From Deltaproteobacteria bacterium (GTDB lineage Bacteria > Desulfobacterota > GWC2-55-46 > UBA9637): 64,000 nt of DNA. The notes under the pieces are model-generated. The model made no database searches and had not been told where the DNA came from. It saw nothing but the letters and a program-made list of their open reading frames with translations. The stretch is taken from positions 4,988 through 68,987 of the forward strand of contig JACRNJ010000006.1 of NCBI GenBank assembly GCA_016219285.1. The letters are read 5' to 3'. The position numbers and the translations under genes were made by a program. Positions 1 to 9,487 of the stretch are shown one piece after another. The first letter of the stretch is position 1. Every line of letters begins with the position of its first letter.

Positions 1-787
1 AAGGGCAAGGGCTGTCGGCATGTGGCAGTTCATGAAGTGGACAGGAAAAAAATATGGCCTTAAGGTAGACTCGTGGGTAGATGAACGGCGGGACCCTGAA
101 AAGGCCACAAGGGCTGCTGCCAGATATCTAAAAGACCTATACGGCCTATTTAACTCCTGGCATCTTGCGGCAGCAAGCTATAATGCAGGAGAAGGCCGCA
201 TTATGAGGGCTGTAAAAAAGCATAAAACCGACGATTTCTGGGTTGTGGCCAAATATAAAAAAACATTAAAGAGAGAAACAAGGGATTATATACCAAAATA
301 TATAGCCGCTCTGCTCATTGCCAAAGAACCGGCAAAATATGGCTTTACGGATATAGAATATCACTCGCAGCTAGATTATGAGAAGGTAAGCATCCCTGGG
401 GCAACAGATTTGGCGATTATTGCAAAGGCATGTGAATGCCTTATTGATGATATAAAAGAACTCAACCCTCAGCTTTTAAGATGGTTCACACCACCGACTG
501 ATTCGCAATACGAGATAAAACTGCCAAAGGAAAAATTAGCTGTGTTTCAGGAAAATTTTGTTATGATTCCGCCTCAACAGCGTCTCACTTTTTTAATACA
601 CAAAGTAAAAAAGGGAGAGACGCTTTCGCTTATAGCAAAAAAATATGGCACACAAATTGAACCCATTCTGTATCTAAATAAACTAAAAAATGCAAAAAAT
701 GTGAGCATAGGCGCTGAACTGCTAGTTCCTGTACGGCCTAAAAAAGTGGCTGCGCCGGAACTCGCTTCATCTAATCAAAGAGGTTAG
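1..787 (+). CDS. Membrane-bound lytic murein transglycosylase (MltD-like), C-terminal part with LysM domain; the 5' end lies outside the window
   Basis: The open frame runs from the window edge. The translation has lytic-transglycosylase core motifs (AAASYNAGEGRIMRA) and a C-terminal LysM-like segment (KVKKGETLSLIAKKYG...LLVP). Confidence 0.7.
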   Translation, partial: RARAVGMWQFMKWTGKKYGLKVDSWVDERRDPEKATRAAARYLKDLYGLFNSWHLAAASYNAGEGRIMRAVKKHKTDDFWVVAKYKKTLKRETRDYIPKYIAALLIAKEPAKYGFTDIEYHSQLDYEKVSIPGATDLAIIAKACECLIDDIKELNPQLLRWFTPPTDSQYEIKLPKEKLAVFQENFVMIPPQQRLTFLIHKVKKGETLSLIAKKYGTQIEPILYLNKLKNAKNVSIGAELLVPVRPKKVAAPELASSNQRG

Positions 788-877
788 TTGATTAGAGATT
801 GATTAAGGATTAAAAATTCTTCTCCGTTCTGCCAATCCTTCTATTCTAATTTGTTTCATCTGAGGTAAACATATTTC

Positions 878-2151
878 ATGATTTCCGTTGAAGCGGCATT
901 AGAAATAATCTTAAATGAAATAAAAACCCTTGGTATGGAAAGGGTAGATATTCTTTCAGCCCTCGGAAGGGTTCTTGGTGAGGATATATCTGCCGCCGTA
1001 GATAATCCGCCCTGGGATAATTCTGCAATGGACGGCTATGCTGTAAGGATGGCAGATACTAAAAAAGCGTCAAAAAACAAACCAGTAATCCTCAGTATAA
1101 TAGAGGACCTGCCGGCCGGTTATACGGCAAAGAAAAGTGTTAAAAAGGGAGAGGCGATAAGGATAATGACCGGAGCACCAATGCCAATAGGCGCTGATGC
1201 AGTGGTGATGGTGGAGGAGACAGAGAGGCAAGAGGCAAGAGGCAAGAGGTCAGAATATTTAAAGAGGCAAAGATTGGCGATAATATCCGAAGGGCCGGCG
1301 AGGATTTCAAAAGTGGCGATATTGTCTTAACAAAAGGCGCAACCATACGGCCTGCTGAAATCAGCATGCTTGCGGCAGTTGGCAAGCCTAATGTTTATGT
1401 GCATCAAAGGCCAAAGATCGCTGTGCTCGCAACAGGGGATGAGTTGGTAGAGATAGAGGAAAAGCCTGCCAACGGCAAAATAATAAATAGCAACAGCTAT
1501 GCCATATCTGCCCAGATAAAGGCATGCGGCGCTATACCTGTTCAGCTCGGTATTGCCAGAGATAATAAAAAAGACCTTGAGAAAAAACTTGAGTTTGGTC
1601 TGACGGCAGACTGCATTGTATCATCCGGCGGCGTTTCCGTAGGAGATTTTGATTTTGTAAAGGATGTTTTAAAGGGGATGGGCTCTGATCCCCGCTTGGG
1701 ACATGCGGGGACAGGGATGCGTTTCTGGAAAGTGGCGATGAAACCCGGTAAACCCCTCGCCTTCGGCGTTATTGCAAACAAACCTGCATTTGGCCTGCCG
1801 GGAAATCCCATATCGTCAATGGTTGCATTTGAACAGTTTGTAAGGCCAGCCATCTTAAAGATGACAGGAAAAAAAGATATTTTCAAGAGGGCATTTGAAG
1901 CGCTGCTCACCAAACCTATAAAGAAAAAATCAGGCAGGATGCACTTTGTAAGGGCGGCCATTGAACAAAAGAATGGACAATTTTATGCCACACCTCTGGA
2001 GGGTCAAGGCTCCGGTATGTTGAGAAGTATGGTAAAGGCCGATTGTCTCATTATACTTCCAGAAAACATCCAGGACATAGAAAAGGACTGTAAGGTAAAG
2101 GTTCAGCCTCTGGGTGAGAGCCTTTTGTATCAGGATAAGCCGGGATATTAA
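878..2151 (+). CDS. moeA: Molybdopterin molybdotransferase MoeA, interrupted by a frameshift inside an (AGGCAAG)3 heptanucleotide repeat; ORFs 878-1330 and 1366-2151 are the N- and C-terminal parts
   Basis: The N-terminal ORF has the MoeA N-domain (PPWDNSAMDGYAV...GADAVVMVEETE). The shifted frame continues with the conserved VRIFKEAKIGDNIRRAGEDFKSGDIVL...GGVSVGDFDFVKDVL region. A fourth repeat copy (+7 nt) would restore one continuous frame. Confidence 0.8.
1226..1246. repeat. Perfect heptanucleotide tandem repeat (AGGCAAG)x3 inside moeA
   Basis: Read directly from the sequence: aggcaag aggcaag aggcaag followed by agg. Confidence 0.95.
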
Positions 2152-2237
2152 AGTAGTTCACGCTGAAAATTGCCTGACCCATGACTCTGTCGTGGGTGCC
2201 CGCTGCGTTGCCTTCGTCGCTGCACTGCTCACATACC

Positions 2238-2328
2238 TGTAGTTTGCCATTTATGGGCATTTTTTAAAAGCGCCGATAAATCGGCACACTACAATCGCCT
2301 TGCATCTGGGCAATTTTTGAGCGTGCAC
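2238..2328 (+). repeat. Copy A of a multi-copy palindromic intergenic element (TGTAGTTTGCC-ATTTATGGGC...GCCGATAAATCGGC...ATTTTTGAGCGTG)
   Basis: The sequence is near-identical to segments at 63668-63840 and, inverted, 62064-62132. It contains the palindromes GCCCATTTATGGGC-like and GCCGATAAATCGGC. Confidence 0.7.
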
Positions 2329-2408
2329 TATATAAAGATGTGGTTCTTCAGTGACAACAAAGTAAAAAGATTTCGGATTGTAAATTATTCTTAAAATGGA
2401 GAGTAGGG

Positions 2409-3458
2409 ATGTTTAAGACCATAGAATGGCAAAACAACAACGTTATCATGATAGACCAGAGGCTTTTACCAAACGAGGAGGTCTACCGAACATATAAAGA
2501 TTTCCTTGATGTTGCAGAGGCTATTCGTGAGATGGTTGTGAGGGGCGCGCCGGCAATAGGCGTTGCGGCAGCAATGGGAGTTGCATTGGGCGCTCTTAAA
2601 ATAAATGCAAAAGACCGCAAGGGGTTTGTAAAAGAATTTGAAAAGATTTGCAAGATTATGGCCGGCACCCGCCCAACAGCAGTAAATCTGTTTTGGGCCA
2701 TTGAAAGGATGAAACGGGTTGTAAAAAAAAACCATAAACTCAGCGTGGATGAATTAAAACAAACACTTATTCAAGAGGCACAAAATATTCACGAACAAGA
2801 TATTGAAATAAACAAGGAGATGGGTAGACATGGCAGCAAGTTGATAAAAAACAAGGCTACTATTCTTACGCATTGCAATGCAGGCGCATTGGCAACCGCA
2901 GGATATGGCACAGCCCTCGGAGTAATAAGGGCGGCGGTTGAACAAGGGAAAAAGATAAAGGTCTTTGCGGATGAGACAAGGCCATTTTTGCAGGGTTCAA
3001 GGCTTACAGCGTGGGAACTTATGAAGAACGGCATAGATACAACTCTTATCACGGACAATATGGCAGGCTACATGATGAAGAAGGGGCTGATAGATGTTGT
3101 TATTGTAGGCGCTGACAGGATTGCCGCCAATGGAGATACTGCGAATAAGATAGGAACGTATTCAGTTGCAGTTCTGGCAAAGGAGCATAAAATCCCCTTT
3201 TATGTTGCAGCTCCCATATCCACTATAGATTTAAACATAAAACATGGAGATAAAATTCCGATTGAGGAAAGGAATATAAGAGAAGTAACGCATATAAAGG
3301 ATATTCCCATAGCCCCTAAGAATATAAAGGTAAAAAATCCTGCCTTTGATGTAACACCCAATAGACTGATAACAGCCATCATCACAGAAAGAGGCATTGC
3401 CAGAAAATCATTTGAAAAGAGTTTGAAAAGGATGGTCAAAGCTGACAAGATTTTCTAA
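2409..3458 (+). CDS. mtnA: Methylthioribose-1-phosphate isomerase (eIF-2B alpha/beta/delta-like family)
   Basis: 349 aa. The sequence has family motifs ([55 protein letters not shown]). Confidence 0.8.
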   Translation: MFKTIEWQNNNVIMIDQRLLPNEEVYRTYKDFLDVAEAIREMVVRGAPAIGVAAAMGVALGALKINAKDRKGFVKEFEKICKIMAGTRPTAVNLFWAIERMKRVVKKNHKLSVDELKQTLIQEAQNIHEQDIEINKEMGRHGSKLIKNKATILTHCNAGALATAGYGTALGVIRAAVEQGKKIKVFADETRPFLQGSRLTAWELMKNGIDTTLITDNMAGYMMKKGLIDVVIVGADRIAANGDTANKIGTYSVAVLAKEHKIPFYVAAPISTIDLNIKHGDKIPIEERNIREVTHIKDIPIAPKNIKVKNPAFDVTPNRLITAIITERGIARKSFEKSLKRMVKADKIF

Positions 3459-3472
3459 GAGAACGACCAAGC

Positions 3473-3745
3473 TCAGCCGCGCCTCTTTTGGGCGTCGGCT
3501 GGAGCGTCTTGTTGGGCATTTTTGATGTCCCAGATAATGGTGTCCGCACTAAAGTCTTGTTCACGCGGCCATGCAATTCCATGATGCGCAGGGCGAACCA
3601 TGCGGAAATATGACTCATTCACAAGCTCTCTGAATGCACCGCCTCCCAAGTAGGGCTTAACATCAAAGATACCGGAAATACCGCTACTCGTCAGAATTTC
3701 AATCTGATAATTTTCGAGAGGAATAGCTTTTATAATCTTATCCAT
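3473..3745 (-). CDS. DUF2442-family small protein
   Basis: 90 aa. It resembles DUF2442 proteins that pair with DUF4160, and it is directly adjacent to a DUF4160-like gene. Confidence 0.55.
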   Translation of the reverse strand: MDKIIKAIPLENYQIEILTSSGISGIFDVKPYLGGGAFRELVNESYFRMVRPAHHGIAWPREQDFSADTIIWDIKNAQQDAPADAQKRRG

Positions 3746-3753
3746 AAAACCTC

Positions 3754-4023
3754 CTATCGTAATGGCTCAATTTTAAAGACCGGCTCCCCCGAAACTGCCA
3801 ATCTCCAATCCGCCACTAAATCTTCCCGATGTATTTCAATCCATGCCTGCACTAACTTCATCTTAGCTGGCGGCAAACTGCCGCCAAGTATAGAACCATC
3901 CTCAATGGCAATGGTTGATTCGTATTCTCCGTATTCTGCATGGATATGCGGGCAGCTATGTTTTTTGTTGTCATAGAAATACATTAAGATCAGAATGCCG
4001 TAGAACATTGATATTGTAGGCAC
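3754..4023 (-). CDS. DUF4160-family small protein
   Basis: 89 aa with a CPHIHAEYGEYE motif typical of DUF4160. It forms a two-gene cassette with 3473-3745. Confidence 0.55.
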   Translation of the reverse strand: MPTISMFYGILILMYFYDNKKHSCPHIHAEYGEYESTIAIEDGSILGGSLPPAKMKLVQAWIEIHREDLVADWRLAVSGEPVFKIEPLR

Positions 4024-4731
4024 TATAGACTCCTTTATTTATTTGCCCGCCAAAACTCACCATCCGCCGTTTTTTAGCGCTCAGGCGCAGCGCCTTGTTG
4101 GGCAAATATTACAGCACATTTACTTTGACCACATTACGAAGTTGCGGCCCAGCAACTTCAAGCGCCAGTTTGATAATTTATGGGTGATTTGGCGGGTGGC
4201 AAAGCGCATAATCTACCCGGAGGCCATCAACAGAAAACTCAGGGTTTACGATTGAAGTATCAAATACTGGCCAGCCAAGTTCATGCAAAGCGGGTAAGTA
4301 ATAGAATGCCTTGAGATACGGCGGCTTCGGAGGTAAATCTGTCTTCACGTAGACCTTGCCGCATTTTGGCAATGTGATTTGAGATTTCCATTTTGCTTTC
4401 TTCCTTCTTTATGCCATTCTTTTTTATGTCGCAGCATCATTTTTGTTGATTTTAGGTCAAATAAATAAACCTGTCAAGATTAAAGACCGGCTGCCATCAA
4501 TTTAACCCCTTGAAAAATAATAAGAATAATTTTTATTTGTAAATTATGCAGCGTGCTATATAATGTGCGGATTAATTATGCTTGCGGTATTTAAGACGTT
4601 TCTGACTGAAAAAGAAAGAACACCCGAAAAGAACATCCCCTATTATATAAAATGGGTTTTGGATTGCATCAACAGCCTTGATTACACAGAGTTTTTCGGA
4701 CTGTTTAGGGGAACAGCCCTATAGGACATTT

Positions 4732-5988
4732 TTACTCCCTCACCTGCCCTTCTCCATAAATTATAAACTTCTGCGTTGTAAGCTCAAGAAGCCCCATAGG
4801 GCCGAAGGCGTGAATCTTTGTTGTGGATATGCCTATCTCCGCGCCGAGACCAAGTTGGAAGCCGTCGGAAAATCTTGTGGAGGCATTGACCAATACGGTG
4901 GATGAATTCACCTCTCTTAAAAACCTCTGGCTATTGGAATAATCCTTTGTGATTATAGACTCTGTATGCAGCGAGCCGTATTTTGCAATGTGCGCTATCG
5001 CCTCATCCATATCTTTTACAATCTTTACCGCCAGAATCAAATCCAGATATTCTGCTGACCAATCCTCTTCTGTGGCGGGCTTGGCAAAAAGCAATATCTT
5101 TCTTGTCTCAGCACATCCTCTAAGCTCAACATTTGCCTTCTGATATTTTTTGCCCATCTCTGGCAAGAACCTTTTTCCTATTTTTTTGTGAACCAGAAGT
5201 GTCTCCATTGCATTGCATACACCGGGTCTTTGAACCTTTGCATTGAAGCAAATCTTCTCCGCCATATCCACATCCGCAGATTCATCAACAAATATATGGC
5301 ATACTCCCTTATAGTGTTTGATGACAGGAATCTTTGAGTTGTCTACAACAAACCTTATAAGCCCTTCTCCGCCCCTTGGAATAATAAGGTCAATGTATTC
5401 CTCAAGTTTCAGCATCTCCAAAACCGCTTCTCTGTCAGTTGTCGGAACAACCTGAATTGCCGTGTCCGGAATACCTTTTTTTTTACACGCATCCTGCAGA
5501 ACCTTTGCAATGGCAAGGTTTGAATTTATTGCCTCTGAGCCGCCTCTTAAGATTACCGCATTGCCTGATTTCAGACAAAGCACTGCCGCATCGGCAGTAA
5601 CATTGGGTCTTGCCTCATAAATTATGCCGATGACGCCGAGAGGTATTCTCATCTTTCCGACAACAAGTCCGTTCGGCCTTTTCCACATTTTAGAAATCTC
5701 GCCAACAGGGTCGGGCAGGGCTGCAACCTCTCTTATGCCGTCAGACATATTCTTTACAACCTTGTCGCTTACGGTGAGCCTGTCTATCATGGCCTTCGAT
5801 AAGCCTTTGTCTTCCGCAGCTTCAAGGTCTTTTTTATTTGCCTTTTTTATTTTATCCGCACTTTTTAAAAGCTCCTCTGCCATTGTTAATAGTGCTTTGT
5901 TTTTGATATTGGTATTCAGGTTGGCAAGTTTTAAAGACGCCTCTTTAGCAGATTGGGTAATTCGCTGAATATCAGATTTTATAGACAT
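4732..5988 (-). CDS. proA: Gamma-glutamyl phosphate reductase
   Basis: 418 aa, aldehyde-dehydrogenase fold, ProA motifs ([18 protein letters not shown]...ILRGGSEA...STRFSDG). Confidence 0.9.
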   Translation of the reverse strand: MSIKSDIQRITQSAKEASLKLANLNTNIKNKALLTMAEELLKSADKIKKANKKDLEAAEDKGLSKAMIDRLTVSDKVVKNMSDGIREVAALPDPVGEISKMWKRPNGLVVGKMRIPLGVIGIIYEARPNVTADAAVLCLKSGNAVILRGGSEAINSNLAIAKVLQDACKKKGIPDTAIQVVPTTDREAVLEMLKLEEYIDLIIPRGGEGLIRFVVDNSKIPVIKHYKGVCHIFVDESADVDMAEKICFNAKVQRPGVCNAMETLLVHKKIGKRFLPEMGKKYQKANVELRGCAETRKILLFAKPATEEDWSAEYLDLILAVKIVKDMDEAIAHIAKYGSLHTESIITKDYSNSQRFLREVNSSTVLVNASTRFSDGFQLGLGAEIGISTTKIHAFGPMGLLELTTQKFIIYGEGQVRE

Positions 5989-6239
5989 AAAAACACCTCT
6001 GACCTTAAAAGATTTAAGTTGTAAGTTATAAGATTAAAGTTAGAAGAGTTTTTTACTTAAATCTTTTACCCTTAATCTTAAATCTTATTTTTATAATGAG
6101 CAAAGGTTATTGTAACAATATGTCTGTTATTGTCAATATATTCTCCTAATCCGCTATAGCGATAGCGGGATTTACAAACTAAAATTACTGAAAGATTATT
6201 CTTGAACCGATGACGGCTCTTCTTGTAGAATGAGATGCA

Positions 6240-6851
6240 TTGACAGTTTTGGAGGGAGATATGCCAAGAAAGGCGCAAATAATCAGAAAGACCAAAGAAA
6301 CAGATATAACCGTTTCATTGAATCTGGACGGTGAAGGGACGTATGATATTAAAACATCTATACCTTTCCTTGACCACATGTTGTCTCTCTTTGCCAAACA
6401 CGGGCTGTTTGATTTAAAGATAAAGGCAAAGGGCGATATTGAAATAGATTACCACCATACCATTGAGGATGTTGGAATATGCCTCGGTGATGCTTTGAAA
6501 AAGGCGCTTGGCAACAAGGCAGGCATCAAAAGATACGGCAACGTCATTGTGCCCATGGACGAGGCCATTGCATCAGCGGCAGTTGATATAAGCGAGAGGC
6601 CTTATCTGGTTTATAACGTTGCGCTGCCTAAAAAGAGCAAAATAAAAAACTTTGATACCGACCTTATAGAAGATTTTCTCCAAGCCCTTGTAAGCAGAAG
6701 CGGGCTTACCCTGCATGTTTCTGTGCCGTATGGAAGAAACATCCACCACATCATAGAAGCTATTTTCAAGGCAGTTGGCAGGGCATTGAGCGATGCTGTA
6801 AGCATAGACAGAAGAATAAAAGGGGTAATGTCAACGAAAGGAAAGCTGTGA
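6240..6851 (+). CDS. hisB: Imidazoleglycerol-phosphate dehydratase
   Basis: 203 aa with the conserved IGPD motifs ([31 protein letters not shown]). Confidence 0.9.
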   Translation: MTVLEGDMPRKAQIIRKTKETDITVSLNLDGEGTYDIKTSIPFLDHMLSLFAKHGLFDLKIKAKGDIEIDYHHTIEDVGICLGDALKKALGNKAGIKRYGNVIVPMDEAIASAAVDISERPYLVYNVALPKKSKIKNFDTDLIEDFLQALVSRSGLTLHVSVPYGRNIHHIIEAIFKAVGRALSDAVSIDRRIKGVMSTKGKL

Positions 6852-6933
6852 AAAAACTGGCAATTGGCCATGGGCAATAGGCTACAGGATTTTCCTATCA
6901 CCTCTTGCCTCGTGCCTATCGCCTATCTTTATT

Positions 6934-7599
6934 ATGATTGCAATTATTGATTATGACATGGGAAATTTGAGGAGTGTGCAGAAGGGTTTTGAAAGGGCCG
7001 GACACCCGTGCATTATCACCCGAGACTCAAAAGAGATTTCCAATGCAAGCCATGTGGTGCTGCCTGGGGTTGGCGCCTTCAAGGATTGCATGGACAATCT
7101 CAAAAACTACGAACTTGTAGACCCCATACTTCTTGCCATTAAATCAGGCAAGCCCTTTTTGGGCATCTGTCTTGGACTTCAGCTCTTATTCTCAGAGAGT
7201 GAAGAGTTTGGAAGGCATGAGGGGCTTGATGTTATCAAGGGAAAGGTAAAAAAGTTTCAAGTTTCAAGTTTCAAGTTTCAAGAAAATGAAACCAAAACTA
7301 CTTCAACTTGCAACCTGCAACCTACAACTCTAAAGATTCCCCACATGGGCTGGAACGATATAAAGATAAAAAATAGACCGCCTGTATTGAAAGATATTCC
7401 AGACGGTTCTTATCTATATTTTGTTCATTCATATTATGTTGTGCCAAAGGATGACAGTGTTATAGCAACAACAACATCCTACGGAATAGACTTTGCAAGT
7501 AGCATATGCAAGGACAATATCTTTGCCTGCCAGTTTCACCCTGAAAAAAGCCAGAAGATTGGGCTGCAGATATTAAAAAATTTTGGTGCTATGAAATAA
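6934..7599 (+). CDS. hisH: Imidazole glycerol phosphate synthase glutamine amidotransferase subunit HisH, with a ~27-aa internal insertion encoded by heptamer tandem repeats
   Basis: Class I GATase motifs are present (GVGAF, GICLGLQLL, HMGWN, CQFHPEKS). The segment KKFQVSSFKFQENETKTTSTCNLQPTTL is an insertion between conserved blocks. Confidence 0.85.
   Translation: MIAIIDYDMGNLRSVQKGFERAGHPCIITRDSKEISNASHVVLPGVGAFKDCMDNLKNYELVDPILLAIKSGKPFLGICLGLQLLFSESEEFGRHEGLDVIKGKVKKFQVSSFKFQENETKTTSTCNLQPTTLKIPHMGWNDIKIKNRPPVLKDIPDGSYLYFVHSYYVVPKDDSVIATTTSYGIDFASSICKDNIFACQFHPEKSQKIGLQILKNFGAMK
7254..7330. repeat. Two blocks of heptanucleotide tandem repeats inside hisH: (GTTTCAA)x4 at 7254-7281 and (CAACYTR)x4 at 7304-7330
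   Basis: Read directly from the sequence: gtttcaagtttcaagtttcaagtttcaag ... caacttgcaacctgcaacctacaactc. Confidence 0.9.
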
Positions 7600-7685
7600 A
7601 AATACCGTGAGTCGTAAATGGTGAGTAGCGCGTGCTAAAAAGCACATTAACTGCTTACAACTTACGACTTACAACTTACGACAAA

Positions 7686-8414
7686 ATGTTAATCATTCCT
7701 GCTATAGACATAAAAAACGGCAAATGCGTCCGTCTCACACAGGGGAGGATGGATGCGGAGACGGTTTATTCTGAAAACCCTGTTGAAATTGCCAGAAAAT
7801 GGGAAGCGCAGGGCGCACGGCTTATACATCTGGTTGACCTTGACGGTGCAATTGAAGGAACACCAAAAAATCAGGAAATTATTAAGAAGATAGTTGGTTC
7901 TATAAAAACGCCGGTGGAGATTGGCGGCGGAATCAGGGACTTGCAGGTTGTCAGAGACTACCTTGAAACAAAAGGCATTCAAAGAATCATAATCGGAACC
8001 GTGGCACAGGAAAACCCCAGCTTTGTTGAAAAGGCATGCAAGATGTTCCCCGGAAGCATAGCAGTCGGCATAGATGCCATAAACGGCGCAGTTGCAACAC
8101 GCGGCTGGGTAAAGGTTACCCAGGAGAGGGCTGTTGACCTGGCAAAGAGGCTGGAGGGCCTCGGCGTATGCTGCATCATCTATACTGACATAGCAAGAGA
8201 CGGTATGCTTACAGGCCCTAATGTTAAAGCCACTAAGGAAATGGCGCATGCGGTAAATATCCCGGTGGTTGCATCCGGCGGCATGAGTTCTGTTAAAGAC
8301 ATAGAAAGCCTTAAGGGTGTAAAACTGGAGGGCATAATAATTGGCAAGGCCCTCTATACAGGGGCGATAAACTTAAGAGAGGTTATAGCCGTGGCAGAGG
8401 CGGTGCATCGTTAG
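7686..8414 (+). CDS. hisA: 1-(5-phosphoribosyl)-5-[(5-phosphoribosylamino)methylideneamino]imidazole-4-carboxamide isomerase
   Basis: The HisA/HisF TIM-barrel N-terminus (MLIIPAIDIKNGKCVRL) begins at the ATG at 7686. The track ORF's upstream extension (from 7632) overlaps an intergenic repeat and is unlikely to be translated. Confidence 0.85.
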   Translation: MLIIPAIDIKNGKCVRLTQGRMDAETVYSENPVEIARKWEAQGARLIHLVDLDGAIEGTPKNQEIIKKIVGSIKTPVEIGGGIRDLQVVRDYLETKGIQRIIIGTVAQENPSFVEKACKMFPGSIAVGIDAINGAVATRGWVKVTQERAVDLAKRLEGLGVCCIIYTDIARDGMLTGPNVKATKEMAHAVNIPVVASGGMSSVKDIESLKGVKLEGIIIGKALYTGAINLREVIAVAEAVHR

Positions 8415-8500
8415 TGTAATATGTCTTTTTAACATAGAAAAAAATGCAACCGCATTCTTTGCACAATCTATTTACGGCAAAAGAAAATATTTCAAACCCC

Positions 8501-9370
8501 TCAATTGCCGGACTTGCGGTCTTGCCTGCGAAGGACAAGACATACCCACTCCCCTTTGGCATAAATCTTGAATGGCTTTAGCCCCAGCTTTTCATAGATA
8601 ATCTCAACCTCTTTAACCCTTTCCTGTAGTATACCGGACAATATCAAAAATCCATTATCCATCATCCTTGCCTTAAGAAGGCCGGCAATCTTTATCAGTT
8701 CTTCGGCAATTATATTAGCAAAGATTACAGAAAACCGGTTTTTTACCTTTTCCAGCGGTTTTGCAGTTATCGCAACCTTTTTACCCACATGATTAAGCCT
8801 CACATTCGCCCTTGCAACCTTTAAGGCCTCCGGGTCTGTGTCCAGGCCAACCACCTTTTTTGCGCCAAGCTTTGCAGCGGTGATGGCAAGGATTCCTGAG
8901 CCTGTCCCCACATCAAGGACGCTATTCCCCTTGACCACATTGGAAAGTTTATCCGCCGCCTTGAGACACATCATGGTCGATGCATGAGAACCTGTTCCAA
9001 ATGCCATGCCCGGATCTATTTCTATAATTATGCTTCCCGCTCTTGATGCAATCTTTCTCCATGTTGGTTTTATCAATATCCTTCCGGAAATTTTTATTGG
9101 TTTAATGTGTTTTTTCCAGTTGCTGATCCAATCCATATTTTCAAAGAAGCTGCCAGTATATGTCCATGCAAGTTTTTTTAGTCTCTGTTTTAGCAATATC
9201 CTGTTTTTGTCAAGAGATAAATCCGCCGGAATATACGCCTTTATAATATTTTCACCATCCCCTTCCTCTTCCAATATACCGGGGCTTCCGATTTCTATCA
9301 GACAGGCAGCTACCGATTCTGCTGTCTTTGCAGGCCCTTTAGCCGTTATTTCAAACCATTGTTTCATCAT
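8501..9370 (-). CDS. prmA: Ribosomal protein L11 methyltransferase
   Basis: 289 aa with a class I SAM MTase motif (VLDVGTGSGILAI) and PrmA architecture. Confidence 0.85.
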   Translation of the reverse strand: MMKQWFEITAKGPAKTAESVAACLIEIGSPGILEEEGDGENIIKAYIPADLSLDKNRILLKQRLKKLAWTYTGSFFENMDWISNWKKHIKPIKISGRILIKPTWRKIASRAGSIIIEIDPGMAFGTGSHASTMMCLKAADKLSNVVKGNSVLDVGTGSGILAITAAKLGAKKVVGLDTDPEALKVARANVRLNHVGKKVAITAKPLEKVKNRFSVIFANIIAEELIKIAGLLKARMMDNGFLILSGILQERVKEVEIIYEKLGLKPFKIYAKGEWVCLVLRRQDRKSGN

Positions 9371-9487
9371 GCTCTTATCAATACCAGATGGCAGCGCAAA
9401 AAATCAAAACAATTCTCTTGACAATTTTTAACGGGTATCTTTTAATCTTTTTACCCGCAACAAACCTTTTCAAAAAAGGCTGCCGCT

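Noticed and set aside
4043-4372. Overlapping 70-aa (plus) and 64-aa (minus) ORFs between the DUF4160 gene and proA
   Set aside because: I recognise no motifs, the frames are mutually exclusive, and they look like gene remnants. I did not call them as CDS.
7632-7685. Upstream extension of the hisA ORF (MLKSTLTAYNLRLTTYDK...)
   Set aside because: The extension is encoded by the cttacaacttacga direct repeat in the intergenic spacer. A conserved HisA N-terminus begins at the ATG at 7686.
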